Assembly (NCBI GenBank): GCA_050331735.1
Contig: JBHJGN010000040.1
Coordinates: 1 to 24,727 of the forward strand
Source: Cyanophyceae cyanobacterium
Lineage (GTDB): Bacteria; Cyanobacteriota; Cyanobacteriia; Cyanobacteriales; JBHJGN01
Length of the DNA stretch: 24,727 bases
Reading direction: 5' to 3'
In this document: in pieces, positions 6,295 to 16,100 of the stretch
Layout of the letters: every line of letters begins with the position of its first letter
How positions within the stretch are numbered: position 1 is the stretch's first letter
Notes under the pieces: model-generated
What the model was told of the DNA's origin: nothing
Seen by the model: the letters and a program-made list of their open reading frames with translations, nothing else
Databases searched by the model: none
Program-made: the position numbers and the translations under genes

Positions 6295-7776
6295 CTACGG
6301 CGCTTGCAGCCTTGCTGCTAAAGCGATTCTGGCTTGTTCTCTGTCGTCGAAGTGAATTTTTTCTGTTCCTAGTATTTGGTAGTCTTCGTGTCCTTTTCCG
6401 GCGATTAACACCCCATCTCCGGGCTGAGCGTCTCGAATGGCGGTGTGGATAGCTTGAGCGCGATCGCTCATCACAATCGGCTCTGCTGACTGAGGGATGC
6501 CTGCTAAAATATCCTGGATAATTCGCTCGGGATCTTCGGTACGGGGGTTATCGGAAGTGACTACCGCGACGTCGGCTTGAGCGGCAATTTTGCCCATCAG
6601 GGGACGCTTGGTGCGATCGCGATCACCACCGCAGCCAAACACGCAGATCGTTCTCCCGCTAATAAAAGGACGGGCGGCTTGAAGCATGTTTTCTAAGCTA
6701 TCTGGAGTATGAGCGTAATCAACGATCACGCTGATGTCTTGGGTTTCATCTATCTGCACCCGCTCCATTCTGCCAGGAACGCCCTTGAACTGGGGTAAAG
6801 CAGTCACTATCGTTGCTAAATCTATCCCGACGTGCAGACAGGCACCAGCGGCAGCCAGCAGATTAGCCAGATTAAACTGACCCACCAGCGGTGAGGTGAA
6901 GGAAGCCTCCCCCCTGGGCGTATGCATCGTACCGCTAACGCCTGTCGGTTCGTAGGTGAGGTTGCTGGTATAGAGATCGGCAGAGGAGTCGCTGACGCTG
7001 TAGCCCCACACTCGCTCTGGGGGAAGCGTCGTCAATAACCGTCTGCCGTAGGGATCATCTACATTGATAATTCCCCGTCCTTGCAGATATTCTGCACTAA
7101 ACAGCAGCGACTTTGCTGCAAAATAGACTTCCATATCTTTATGGAAGTCTAAGTGATCCTGAGTCAGGTTAGTAAAAACTCCCACTTCAAACTGACAGCC
7201 CTTGACTCGTCCCTGGGAAAGAGCGTGGGAACTTACCTCCATCACGGCAACCTGATTGCCTGCCTTAACAGCAGCGGCAAGCTGCTGCTGAAGTTCGACG
7301 GCAAAGGGGGTTGTATGTATTGCCGTTTGTTGAAACCCAGGCCAGCGAGTGTACAGTGTTCCAAATAGTGCCGTTAGATACTGAGACTGGAGAAAGTGCT
7401 CAATTAGGTGGGTGGTAGTCGTTTTCCCGTTGGTTCCCGTCACGCCGATGGTGCGCAACTGCTGAGCCGGATAGCCGTAGAACGCCGCTGCCACCTCAGC
7501 ACAAACGGAGATGATATCCGCGCTTTGAATGACGCAATCTTGAGCAGTCGGGGGATACTTTTGAGCCGCTTGGGGAGAAACAATGGCGGCAACTGCTCCT
7601 CCTGCTAAGGCACTGCGCCAAAACTCACCGCCATCAACCCGCGTCCCCGGCATGCCGATAAACAAATCTCCAGCTTGGCAAGCGTGGGAATTGGTACAGA
7701 TTCCCGTAACTTCGGCTTTCAACGCTGAATGTTCAGCCGATAACTGAATTTGTTTAAGCAAGTCGCGCAGCTTCAT
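6295..7776 (-). CDS. murE: UDP-N-acetylmuramoyl-L-alanyl-D-glutamate--2,6-diaminopimelate ligase
   Basis: GVTGTNGKTT, MEVSSHAL, TNLTQDHLDFH, VDYAHTPD, the DNPR DAP-specificity motif, and AGKGHEDYQ. Start reassigned to ATG 7776 (MKLRDLL) with an upstream GAGGAG; the longer N-terminus in the track is repeat-derived. Confidence 0.97.
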   Translation of the reverse strand: MKLRDLLKQIQLSAEHSALKAEVTGICTNSHACQAGDLFIGMPGTRVDGGEFWRSALAGGAVAAIVSPQAAQKYPPTAQDCVIQSADIISVCAEVAAAFYGYPAQQLRTIGVTGTNGKTTTTHLIEHFLQSQYLTALFGTLYTRWPGFQQTAIHTTPFAVELQQQLAAAVKAGNQVAVMEVSSHALSQGRVKGCQFEVGVFTNLTQDHLDFHKDMEVYFAAKSLLFSAEYLQGRGIINVDDPYGRRLLTTLPPERVWGYSVSDSSADLYTSNLTYEPTGVSGTMHTPRGEASFTSPLVGQFNLANLLAAAGACLHVGIDLATIVTALPQFKGVPGRMERVQIDETQDISVIVDYAHTPDSLENMLQAARPFISGRTICVFGCGGDRDRTKRPLMGKIAAQADVAVVTSDNPRTEDPERIIQDILAGIPQSAEPIVMSDRAQAIHTAIRDAQPGDGVLIAGKGHEDYQILGTEKIHFDDREQARIALAARLQAP

Positions 7777-7796
7777 CGTTGTCTCCTCGCGAATGT

Positions 7797-7930
7797 AATA
7801 GCCCTTCGGACGGGGAAAGGGAAAACTGTTCCTACAGAACGGGAAATGAACATAAAGCACAGGAACAAGCTAATTCTTTTTTCCTTTTTCCCCTTATCCC
7901 TTCCCCTTTTCCCGTCGCGCAGCGACTCAC
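7797..7930. repeat. STRR and mini-hairpin intergenic repeat cluster
   Basis: GGGGAAA-type tracts on the left and TTCCCCT tracts on the right, with hairpins GTTCC-TAC-AGAAC (7828) and GTCGC-GCA-GCGAC (7914). Same family as 5975-6303 and 23511-23712. Confidence 0.7.
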
Positions 7931-7949
7931 TCTATTTTTTACCTCATTT

Positions 7950-8210
7950 TCAAATTTCTGGCACAGTGTATTTCTGTAACAGTCGCTCGATTTGCTGCAC
8001 CGAAGCACGAGGAGAAAGACGCGGTAGCGGCTTTTCTTCTCCTAAACGCTGTTGACAAAGAACGGGAATCTCGTACTGATAAGCGGCAAACCAGTCCTCG
8101 CGGGTGGTAATATCCCGCACCTCTAGCTCCAGGTTTTCAATTTGTGCTAATTTACTCTGGAGTCCCTCGCACAGATGACAGCCCGGTTTACTGTAAAGAA
8201 TTAACCGCAT
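7950..8210 (-). CDS. Glutaredoxin-like protein (DUF836 family)
   Basis: LYSKPGCHLC, YQYEIPVL, LPRLSPR. Lies directly upstream of murE. Confidence 0.93.
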   Translation of the reverse strand: MRLILYSKPGCHLCEGLQSKLAQIENLELEVRDITTREDWFAAYQYEIPVLCQQRLGEEKPLPRLSPRASVQQIERLLQKYTVPEI

Positions 8211-8261
8211 TCGTTTTTAGTCGCTAGTTGAAAAACAGTCGATTACAGAGGAGTCAAGCTT

Positions 8262-8420
8262 TCAGGCGCTCTCACCTATTCCACAACCAGTATACTGACA
8301 GTCTTCAGGTTCATGAAATGCCACCACGATATCTTGCTGAGGAACTCCCATTTCTACTAGCTAATTGGAGATGCCAACTGGCGTTCCGTCGTGTTGAATC
8401 CAAATCTTTCCTTCTTTGAG
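8262..8420 (-). pseudogene. xisI: XisI-family pseudogene: C-terminal half with an internal stop
   Basis: Minus-strand translation LKEGKIWIQHDGTPVGISN*LVEMGVPQQDIVVAFHEPEDCQYTGCGIGESA* matches the XisI signature GKIWIQ.DGT..GI..EL...GVP..DIV.AFH. The TAG is at 8361-8363. Confidence 0.88.
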
Positions 8421-8535
8421 AGCGATCGCCTCCGCATCGCCTCTGCTCATCCGTAACGAGAATATCTGTCGAATTAAGGGTTTCTAGGGGCTATGGCTCA
8501 GGCTAGTCTGCTAAAGTCTTCTCCCAACAGCACCA

Positions 8536-9768
8536 ATGAATCAGCGCTCTCAACAGCGATCGCATCTGCCAACTAGCTTCTGGCTCATTACCCTCGTTGC
8601 CTTGATCAACTCCGTTAGCTTTACGCTCATTATCCCCCTGCTCTATCCCTACGCCAAAGAGTTTGGACTCAGCGATTTTCAGGCGAGTTTGTTAACCACT
8701 TCCTACGCCGTTTCCCAGTTTATCGGTACGCCAATTTTAGGCAACCTTTCCGACCGCCTCGGACGCAAACCACTACTGGTGGTGAGCCTGCTGGGTTCTG
8801 TGGCTGCCAACCTGCTAGCTAGCGTTGCTGGTGTCGCTTGGCTGCTGTTTGCTGCCCGCATTCTCGACGGATTAACCGGAGGCAACAACTCCATTGCCAG
8901 AGCCGTGATTAGCGATGTAACCACCCCAGAGCAGCGGCCAAAAGCCTTTGGCATCTTTGGAGCGATGTTTCGCTTAGGGTTTGTTGTCGGACCGGCTCTT
9001 AGCTACGTGGGGCAACAGCTTCCCACTCTACCCGGGATTTCTTCATTAGGCATGAGTTTTTTGATTGGGGCAGGTATTGCCCTGATTGCCACTCTACTAA
9101 CAGCTTTTTTACTGCCAGAGACCTTAGATACTTTAGATAAGCAAGGGTTTCAACTGAACTGGCAAGACTTTGTGTTTGCCAAAATCCTTCAATCTGCCTC
9201 TCGCCCTCGTTTAGGGAGCATTTTTATTCTGACGTTGTTAAGTGGAGCCACCTTTACGATTTTTACCTTTGCGTTTCAGCCCTTCTTCTTAAATGTGCTC
9301 GATCAAGATGCTAAATCCCTCGCCATCGTCTTTGCCGCCGTGGGCATGTTGGGGTTCATCTGTCAGGTATTTGCCCTCGAACCGCTGAGTAACCGCTTTA
9401 ATCTAGTAGACATTCTCTTTGTCACCCTAGGATTGCGGGGACTCCTGTTTCTGATGATTCCCACTTTTCCTGATATTTCGGCCTTTTTTGTCATCATGGC
9501 GGCGTTTGGCTGCGTGAACTCCTTTCCACTCCCGCTGATCAACTCAATCCTGTCTCTTAACAGCAGCGATCGCGAACAGGGTGAAGTTCTCGGCATCAAC
9601 GCTTCTTACCTGAGTCTCTCCAATGCGATCGGTCCAGCCATTTCAGGAATCCTCGTTAGCTTAGGCTACCTAATTCCTTTTTGGGTGACAGGCATCCTAA
9701 CTCTGTTCACAGCCTGGTTCGCCTTCGGCCTGAGAGCTAATTTCAAGTGTGAAAAAGCGTCAAGATAG
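8536..9768 (+). CDS. MFS transporter, TetA/DHA1-like
   Basis: Motif A GNLSDRLGRKP, ARILDGLTGG, motif C-like GFVVGPAL, and about 12 hydrophobic segments. Confidence 0.93.
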   Translation: MNQRSQQRSHLPTSFWLITLVALINSVSFTLIIPLLYPYAKEFGLSDFQASLLTTSYAVSQFIGTPILGNLSDRLGRKPLLVVSLLGSVAANLLASVAGVAWLLFAARILDGLTGGNNSIARAVISDVTTPEQRPKAFGIFGAMFRLGFVVGPALSYVGQQLPTLPGISSLGMSFLIGAGIALIATLLTAFLLPETLDTLDKQGFQLNWQDFVFAKILQSASRPRLGSIFILTLLSGATFTIFTFAFQPFFLNVLDQDAKSLAIVFAAVGMLGFICQVFALEPLSNRFNLVDILFVTLGLRGLLFLMIPTFPDISAFFVIMAAFGCVNSFPLPLINSILSLNSSDREQGEVLGINASYLSLSNAIGPAISGILVSLGYLIPFWVTGILTLFTAWFAFGLRANFKCEKASR

Positions 9769-9810
9769 CGAGGAGAGTGATTAACTGAAGGGGAGCTTGA
9801 GAGGCTATAA

Positions 9811-9900
9811 GTCCCGCTCCGCCAGTTGTTTTGGCGAGGCGACCTCGCTAAAACAACTGGCGGCTGTAATTTCAATTCAGCGTCGGGACGGGGAGTTCAA
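9811..9900. repeat. Long palindrome nested in an IS200/IS605-like end hairpin; probable terminator between convergent genes
   Basis: 21-bp stem CCGCCAGTTGTTTTGGCGAGG-CGA-CCTCGCTAAAACAACTGGCGG (9819-9863, one G-T pair), inside GTCCCG...GCTGTAATTTCAATTCAGCGTCGGGAC, followed by GGGGAGTTCAA. Confidence 0.6.
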
Positions 9901-9935
9901 GGAACAGGTAAGGGGGATAGATGTTTGACTGACTT

Positions 9936-10523
9936 TCATCGTCTGTAATAGTTCGCTTTGATATTTTGAGCTGCCTGAGCGACGGTATCTTGAATCCGTT
10001 TGGCTCTAGTTTCAGGTCGTTTAGCAGTTTTGATCCATTCCAAAATGCCTCGTTTTGAGGAAGGTGGGAACGCGGCAAAATGCTTTTGAGCCATTGGATT
10101 GCTGGCTAACGCCAGTTTTAAATCGTCTGGTAAAATTAGCGCTTCGACATCATCTAGAAACGACCAGGAACCATCTTTTTTAGCCTGCTCAATTTTTTGC
10201 CACCCTGCTTCATGCAGTAACCTGGCTTGTTGCAGGCGCTCGACCCGCTCTTTATTGGCTTTCGACCAATGACTTTCCGGCTTGCGGGGAGAAATATAGA
10301 GCATCGTTCGCTGTTCGTCGAGTTTACGCGGTAAGCTATCGATCCAGCCAAAGCAAATACACTCTTCAACAATGTCGTTATAGGGGAGATAGGAGTCGTG
10401 AGGTTGTTTGTAGGTCACTAACCACACGCCTTGATTCTGCTCGTAATGCCTCTGTAGCCACGCCCTTAAATCTTTGCGGGTTTTGACTTCTACTTGTGCA
10501 GCACTGGCAGCCGGTCTATTCAT
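9936..10523 (-). CDS. YdeI/OmpD-associated (bacteriocin-protection) family protein
   Basis: CICFGWIDS, SPRKPESHWSKANK, LPDDL, WIKTAKRPETRAKRI. Confidence 0.92.
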   Translation of the reverse strand: MNRPAASAAQVEVKTRKDLRAWLQRHYEQNQGVWLVTYKQPHDSYLPYNDIVEECICFGWIDSLPRKLDEQRTMLYISPRKPESHWSKANKERVERLQQARLLHEAGWQKIEQAKKDGSWSFLDDVEALILPDDLKLALASNPMAQKHFAAFPPSSKRGILEWIKTAKRPETRAKRIQDTVAQAAQNIKANYYRR

Positions 10524-10532
10524 GGGAAAAAG

Positions 10533-11552
10533 TTAGTGATATGCCTGAAGATGCGATCGCATTTTAGACTGAACTCGCTCCCTATTAAAAGCTAAAGCAC
10601 AGCGGGCTAACTGAAGCTGCTGTATCCAGTCTGGCTGACTACACCAGCGGTAGTAAGTCGGCACGGCAACCTTGGTGAGAAAGTTGCGCCATCTTGCCGT
10701 CATTGATGATGGCTGCACTGCTTGAGCACGAACTTGACCATTTTTGGCCATAGCACGACGTAAAGCTGTATCATCTCGTAATCTTTGCAGGGCTGTTATC
10801 AATCCCTCGAGAGAAGAGACTTCGAGGTAATCTAGTTCGCTACGGCGTTCTGCTCGGTAAGCCGACTCGCAGCCTAGGATTGCTGGAACGCCAGCTAGCC
10901 AAGCATTATAGAGTTTGGTTGCGGGTTTGTTGACGTAGCGGCGATGCTTAAAACTGCGGACAGCGATCACGGCATCGACGGTACTGTAGTCGTTCCAGCA
11001 ATTGTTAATGGAGTGGTAGTCGTTCCAGTGATTGCGGTTGAGGATGGCTTGCCAGTTCAAACCGAGGCGGTGAAGCTGCTCGAACCAAGCCGGATGCTGT
11101 AATTCTGCTACTAGGTTATCGGCATGACCAAAAAAAGCAATATTTTCAAAGCGATCACCGCGCTCCGGGTGACGGGGAATTAGGCCCGGTTGAGTCCAGT
11201 GAGGCATGTAGTAGCCCCCAAACGCTCGAGCGAGCGGGTTCTGCACTACGTGGAGTAGAGCGGCAGGATGGGAATTGACGTCTGCTTTAAGGCAGACGAG
11301 CAGCAGGTTGCGTCCTGGCTGGAAGTGAGGGTGCGATCGCAGAGAGTTGCGGTGCGCTAAGACAATGCCTTCTTCTGGAAACTCCTGAACGAGGGTGCAA
11401 GGAAAACCCTCTGCCCGCAGCCGCAGATAAGTTTGCAAAGTCCAGGCATACACTCCAAGGCCAAACCCTTGCCAATTGTCGTCGGCGGCTGGTAAAGTTT
11501 CGATCCAGTGACTAGACGGGATATAGAAGTAAATCGGCGGTAGCTTCGTCAA
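10533..11552 (-). CDS. Glycosyltransferase, GT-B type (Glyco_trans_1_2-like C-terminus)
   Basis: NIAFFG, KPATKLYNAWLAGVPAILG, ALRRAMAKNG. TTG start; co-oriented downstream of the HpsE-like gene. Confidence 0.8.
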   Translation of the reverse strand: MTKLPPIYFYIPSSHWIETLPAADDNWQGFGLGVYAWTLQTYLRLRAEGFPCTLVQEFPEEGIVLAHRNSLRSHPHFQPGRNLLLVCLKADVNSHPAALLHVVQNPLARAFGGYYMPHWTQPGLIPRHPERGDRFENIAFFGHADNLVAELQHPAWFEQLHRLGLNWQAILNRNHWNDYHSINNCWNDYSTVDAVIAVRSFKHRRYVNKPATKLYNAWLAGVPAILGCESAYRAERRSELDYLEVSSLEGLITALQRLRDDTALRRAMAKNGQVRAQAVQPSSMTARWRNFLTKVAVPTYYRWCSQPDWIQQLQLARCALAFNRERVQSKMRSHLQAYH

Positions 11553-11687
11553 GTCGCTTCACTCCAAGATTTTGTCCTATCTATCGCATTACTAAGAAAC
11601 CTGAAACCAGCCGTGAACTTGTAACACCGTAACTTAGTCGCTTAAGCGACTAACAATCAACCCTCAACAGAGAACTAGCATGACCAA

Positions 11688-12656
11688 CTACGTTCTCCAA
11701 AATTTAATTGCTCTTTGAAAAACAGGATAGCGGCTCCAGTGATAAAAAGGACTGAGGAGCCTGTATCGATAGAGTTCTAGCTGACAGGCAGCTACTGTAT
11801 CCTCAGCAACGAGGTGACGGTGCTTGGCGTAGTAGGCAGCGAGCTTGCGGAGGTCGTTAAGGAGGTAGAGAGGTATCACAACAGGATGCTGCCATCGAGG
11901 AAAGCGTAATTTCCGAAGCTGATAGCTGCTTAAGCCAACGCCCTGTAGCAGTTTAAGGAGGTACTCTCTTTGTAAACGCGATCGCGGAATTTCGTGCTCA
12001 ATACACATTTGCGGGTTATACCAAATCTCCCACTCCGCTTTAGCAATGTGGGCCAGAGTTTCGACATCCTCTCCTTTAGAGGCGAGAGAATGACCAGAGA
12101 CGCCAGCTAGAGCCGGTCGTTCGGGAAGACTCTGCCAAGCCTGCTTGCGCACGACTAATCCGGCTCCGGAGGGAAACAGCCACTTGCGGGCCTCGTACCG
12201 GAACGGCTGATCTCCGCGATCGACAACTGCCAGAAAGCAGGCGATCTGCTGAAAATTTGCTGGCGGCTCAATTTCGTACTTTCCCCGAAGGCGACTGCCG
12301 TAGGCTCCTGCTTGCGGATGGATACGACCAAACCGGTAGGCAGCGGATACCCAGCCTGGAGCGGGCAAATTATCATCATCGAGAAAGCCAACCAGTTCTC
12401 CCCGAGCGTGTTTCATGGCGCAGCGACGAGCAAAAGCTAATCCCTGTTGTGGTTCAAAGTAGGAGCGGAGAGGACATATTGACCAGGTAGACTGATACTG
12501 CTGAATAACTTTGGCCGTACTGTCGCTGCTGTTGTTATCAACAACAATTACTTCCCAGCTAAAATCTATGTGAGTTTGCTGCACCAACCGGTTAAGAACC
12601 CGAGGAAGGCGAGCTTCCCCGTTATAAGTGCAAATTGCTACCGTAAAATCAATCAC
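11688..12656 (-). CDS. hpsE: GT2 glycosyltransferase, hormogonium polysaccharide biosynthesis HpsE-like
   Basis: DFTVAICTYNGE.RLP.VL, VVDNNSSD, QGLAFARR, FLDDDNLP, PSGAGLVVRK, GED, HEIP..RL. GTG start. Confidence 0.85.
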   Translation of the reverse strand: MIDFTVAICTYNGEARLPRVLNRLVQQTHIDFSWEVIVVDNNSSDSTAKVIQQYQSTWSICPLRSYFEPQQGLAFARRCAMKHARGELVGFLDDDNLPAPGWVSAAYRFGRIHPQAGAYGSRLRGKYEIEPPANFQQIACFLAVVDRGDQPFRYEARKWLFPSGAGLVVRKQAWQSLPERPALAGVSGHSLASKGEDVETLAHIAKAEWEIWYNPQMCIEHEIPRSRLQREYLLKLLQGVGLSSYQLRKLRFPRWQHPVVIPLYLLNDLRKLAAYYAKHRHLVAEDTVAACQLELYRYRLLSPFYHWSRYPVFQRAIKFWRT

Positions 12657-12828
12657 GCGATCGCCCTAGAGAATTAAACTCTTCGGTTCAAGCCACCAAT
12701 TACTATCTTTTTGAGTGCCAACATGAGTAGCCCCCCAGTTCAAACCGGGGATGCCACCTATAGATTAGGTAAAAAGGTGGAGGAAAGCGAGTCGCTTTGC
12801 CAAATTTTTAAAGAATCTTTGAGCAGTC

Positions 12829-12974
12829 AGACCATTTACCGAAAGTAGTCAGATAGTTCCCAAACCAAGCATTGGAGGTTCAAGGGCAAAGAGCTGCTGT
12901 GCTTCCCTTTCTCCCTTCCCCCTTCCCCTTTCCCCCAACTCATCAAGTCTCCTATTACTTTTTCTAATTGGTAT
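12829..12974 (+). mobile_element. MITE-like element, copy 2
   Basis: AGACCATTTACCGAAAGTAGTCAGATAGTTCC...CAAGCATTGGAGGTTCAAGGGCAAAGAGCTGCTGTGCTTCCC...CTAATTGGTAT, near-identical to 6089-6232. Confidence 0.85.
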
Positions 12975-13047
12975 CAGACCTTTCTAACAGCTTTGAGCGG
13001 CGAACTCACCGCAGGCTTCTTTCTCTTACCAGGTGTTGCTTCCTGTG

Positions 13048-13087
13048 AACATCAAGGAGGAGAGGGAAACCTCTCCTCCTTGATGTT
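13048..13087 (-). terminator. Perfect 18-bp stem-loop downstream of the alkaline phosphatase gene
   Basis: AACATCAAGGAGGAGAGG-GAAA-CCTCTCCTCCTTGATGTT, 22 bp past the stop codon. There is no clear U-tract, so it may be a 3' stabilising hairpin instead. Confidence 0.6.
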
Positions 13088-13109
13088 GCCTAAACCAAAT
13101 AGCAGTTAG

Positions 13110-16100
13110 TTATACAACCGCAAAGGCATCAGCGCCAAGGCTGGTGACATCTACGCTCTGGACAACAGCGAGGTCTTCCTCTCCCAAGGAGATGGTGCTG
13201 CCGCTAAAGCTCAAGTCCCCAAACTCAAGTCCGTCGAGACCAATCAGATCGGTGCCAACCTCAAAGTCAACAATGGTGTCGGTGCCAGCGCCTGCCGCAA
13301 GCACAAAGGTATCGCTACCCTCACCGCCAGAGAAGTCATCGCCCTGAAGGATGTCGTTGCCTTCACCGCCATTAAGCAAGTCATCGCCATCGTCACCAAA
13401 GAGGCTGTCGTCGCCCGCGTCGCCGAACAGTTCGTCGTCACCGCCTTTGCCGCCGAGGCGATCGTCACCAGCGCCGCCGAAGATCGTGTCGTCACCGCCG
13501 ATGCCAACTTGCGGACTGCGGCTATTGAGGTCGCCCCGCAAGACATCATCGCCTTCGTTGCCGAAAATCTCATCGTCACCGAGACCGCCAGCAACGGTGT
13601 CATTGCCTGCCAGTCCTTCAAGGGTTTCTTCCCCGTCAGTCCCTTCGAGCTCATCGTCGCCATCCGTGCCCCGATTCGCGGCCACTTCTTCCGGCGCAAC
13701 GCCAAATAGAGTCTCGTACATTAGGCGATACATATCGGTATTATCCGCCGTTGCCGGTAACTCTTCCGAGTTGAGACCGTAAGCCTTGGAAACAATGCCG
13801 CCATTAACGTCAGTCAGAGAGGCCCAGGCTACACCAAAGTCAAAGATGTCGCCATCAGCATCGGGAGCCCCCGTAACAAACGGCTCGAAGTTGTCGTTGT
13901 TGCTGCCGTCGGTGTCGTCTACCTGCACAGGAACGCCATCGGCATCGTCACCAAAGGCTACCGTTTCCGCCTGAACCCGCAGGGTCGCATCGGGGTTGGG
14001 AACATCACCAAAGCCGTCTAAGGGCACGTCATCCACTTCCAGACCGCCCGCATCGGAGTCGGCAGCGGTGAGGACGAGGGTATTGGGGTCGGTGTTATCG
14101 ACAAAATCGAGGGCTAAACCGATCGCCTCGTCAGCGCGGATAGCCGCCTCAATCGTTCCCGCCGCGTTGTTGCTGTTGCCGAAGTTATCAGTTGCTTCTT
14201 CCTCCAGGGTCAGCATGAAGCCATCGGGGTCGCGGTCGAGGATCGGCAACGCCACCTCCGTCATCTCAGCGATGGTGGGTGGGTTAGGGTTCAGAGGAGG
14301 CTGACCGTAAAGAATCAGGTCGCCATCGTCCTCGACTAAGCCCTGGTCGCGGAGGTTGTCCTCAAAGGTGTCGTTGTAGGTATCTGACGCGGCGAAAATT
14401 CCGAGCAGGCGCTCGGTTTGGGCCGGATCGACGGCCATCAGTTCTTCCCGGGTGAAGACAACCGTATAGCCTGCTGCCTCGGCTTCTTCAATCAGGTTGC
14501 GTCCGTCGGTGCGAGTGCCTTCTTCCCCAAAAACACCCACGGTTCCCTCTGGGAGATAGTCGGTTTCCCCAGCACCCAGGATCACCTCAGCGCCCGAATC
14601 AAGAATTTCAGCGGTAATTTCTTCCGTTTGTCCTCGGTCATCCGCATCGGCCAGGAAAACCCCCGTTCCCGGCTCAGCAATAAAGCCAGAGTTGATCACG
14701 CCAACGGCTTTTCCAGCTTCCTGGGCTTCCTGCATGATGGTGATTGGCTTGCCAGAAAGCGACACAATTTCTTCACCCCCCTCGGCAATGGGAGCATCAA
14801 AACCGTAGCTACCGGCAAAAGGCTTCACTCCGTAAGCATGCACCACCGCCCCAGCATTAGAGGTAGCCACTAACCGATCGTCAATATGGCCGAGATAAAC
14901 GCCAGCGTCGCTCATCTGGTCCCAGTTTAAGCGACCGTCTGTGCCAACAGAAGCAAAGCGAGCAGCAGCGTAGTGGGACGGGCTCGTGCCGTCAGGGTGG
15001 ATGAAGATGACGTTTCCGGTGTCCGCTGTCGGTTCGGGCGCCTCTCGCGGTTCGAGGTCGTCGGGCACCCCTTCTGGAGCATCGAGGCTAACGTCAAATA
15101 GGCTCTCGTACATCAAGCGGTAAATCGCAGTGTTGTCGAGAGTCGCCGGGAGACGCTCTGCACCTTCACCGTAAGCTTTAGAAACAATGCTGCCCGCAAA
15201 GTCGGGTAACCCGGCCCAGAGAACGCCGTACTCAAAGACATCGCCATTGGCATCGGGGGCAGCCACAAAGGGAGCCGTATCGCTACCGGTGGTTCCGTCG
15301 TAGGGAATTTCGTCGCCGGTAAATTCCCCCGCATCGTCTAATCTGGCTTGGGCAATCGTTGTACCAACGGTGTCGCCGTCAACGTCGTCTACTTCCAAAC
15401 TTCCTCCCGCACTGTCAGCGGCGGTGACCACGAAGGTGTTGGGGTTCTCCTCGATGAAGTCTTGAGCGACGCCGAGGGCTTCGTCGGCGCGGATAGTCGC
15501 ATCAATGGTGCCGCGAGCGTTGTTGTTGTTGCCGAAGTTGTCGGTGCCTTCTTCTTCAAGCACGATCATGAAGCCTTCGTCCTCTTCAGCAAAGACGTTC
15601 AGATCCAGGGTCGCCTCAAGCATTTCGCCCACCGTCACCGGGTCAAGATTCTCAGGCGGCTGTCCGTAGGTAATCAGTTCGCCGTCGTCCGTGACAAGTC
15701 CCTCATCGATCAAGGCTCCTTCGGGAACGTCGTTGTAGGTGTCTTCAGCGGCAAAAATCCCTAAAACACGCTCAGTGTCAGGGGAGAGAGCTTCTAGTTC
15801 TTCGCGGGTAAAGACAACTTCATAGCCCATCGCCTCGGCTTCTTCAATCAGGTTCCGGCCATCGGTGCGGGTGCCCTCTTCGCCAAAGAAACCAACTGTG
15901 CCCACAGGCAAGTAATCAACTTCGCCAGCGCCCATGATCACGTTGACGCCAGATTCGACAATCTGAGCGGTGATGCCTTCGCGATCGCTGCGGCTTTCGG
16001 CATCGGCTAAGAAAACACCGGTTCCGGGCTCAGCGATGAAGCCGGAGTTAATCACCGCTGTCGGACGTCCGGCGGCGATCGCCTCTTCTAAAATGGTTGC

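Noticed and set aside
6137..6452. ORFs 6137..6355 and 6231..6452, and similarly 7750..8055, 7779..7979 and 23404..23634
   Set aside because: These are FPLSPFP-type translations of STRR/MITE repeats or antisense to real genes.
8228..8419. 63-aa plus-strand ORF
   Set aside because: It is the antisense shadow of the xisI pseudogene.
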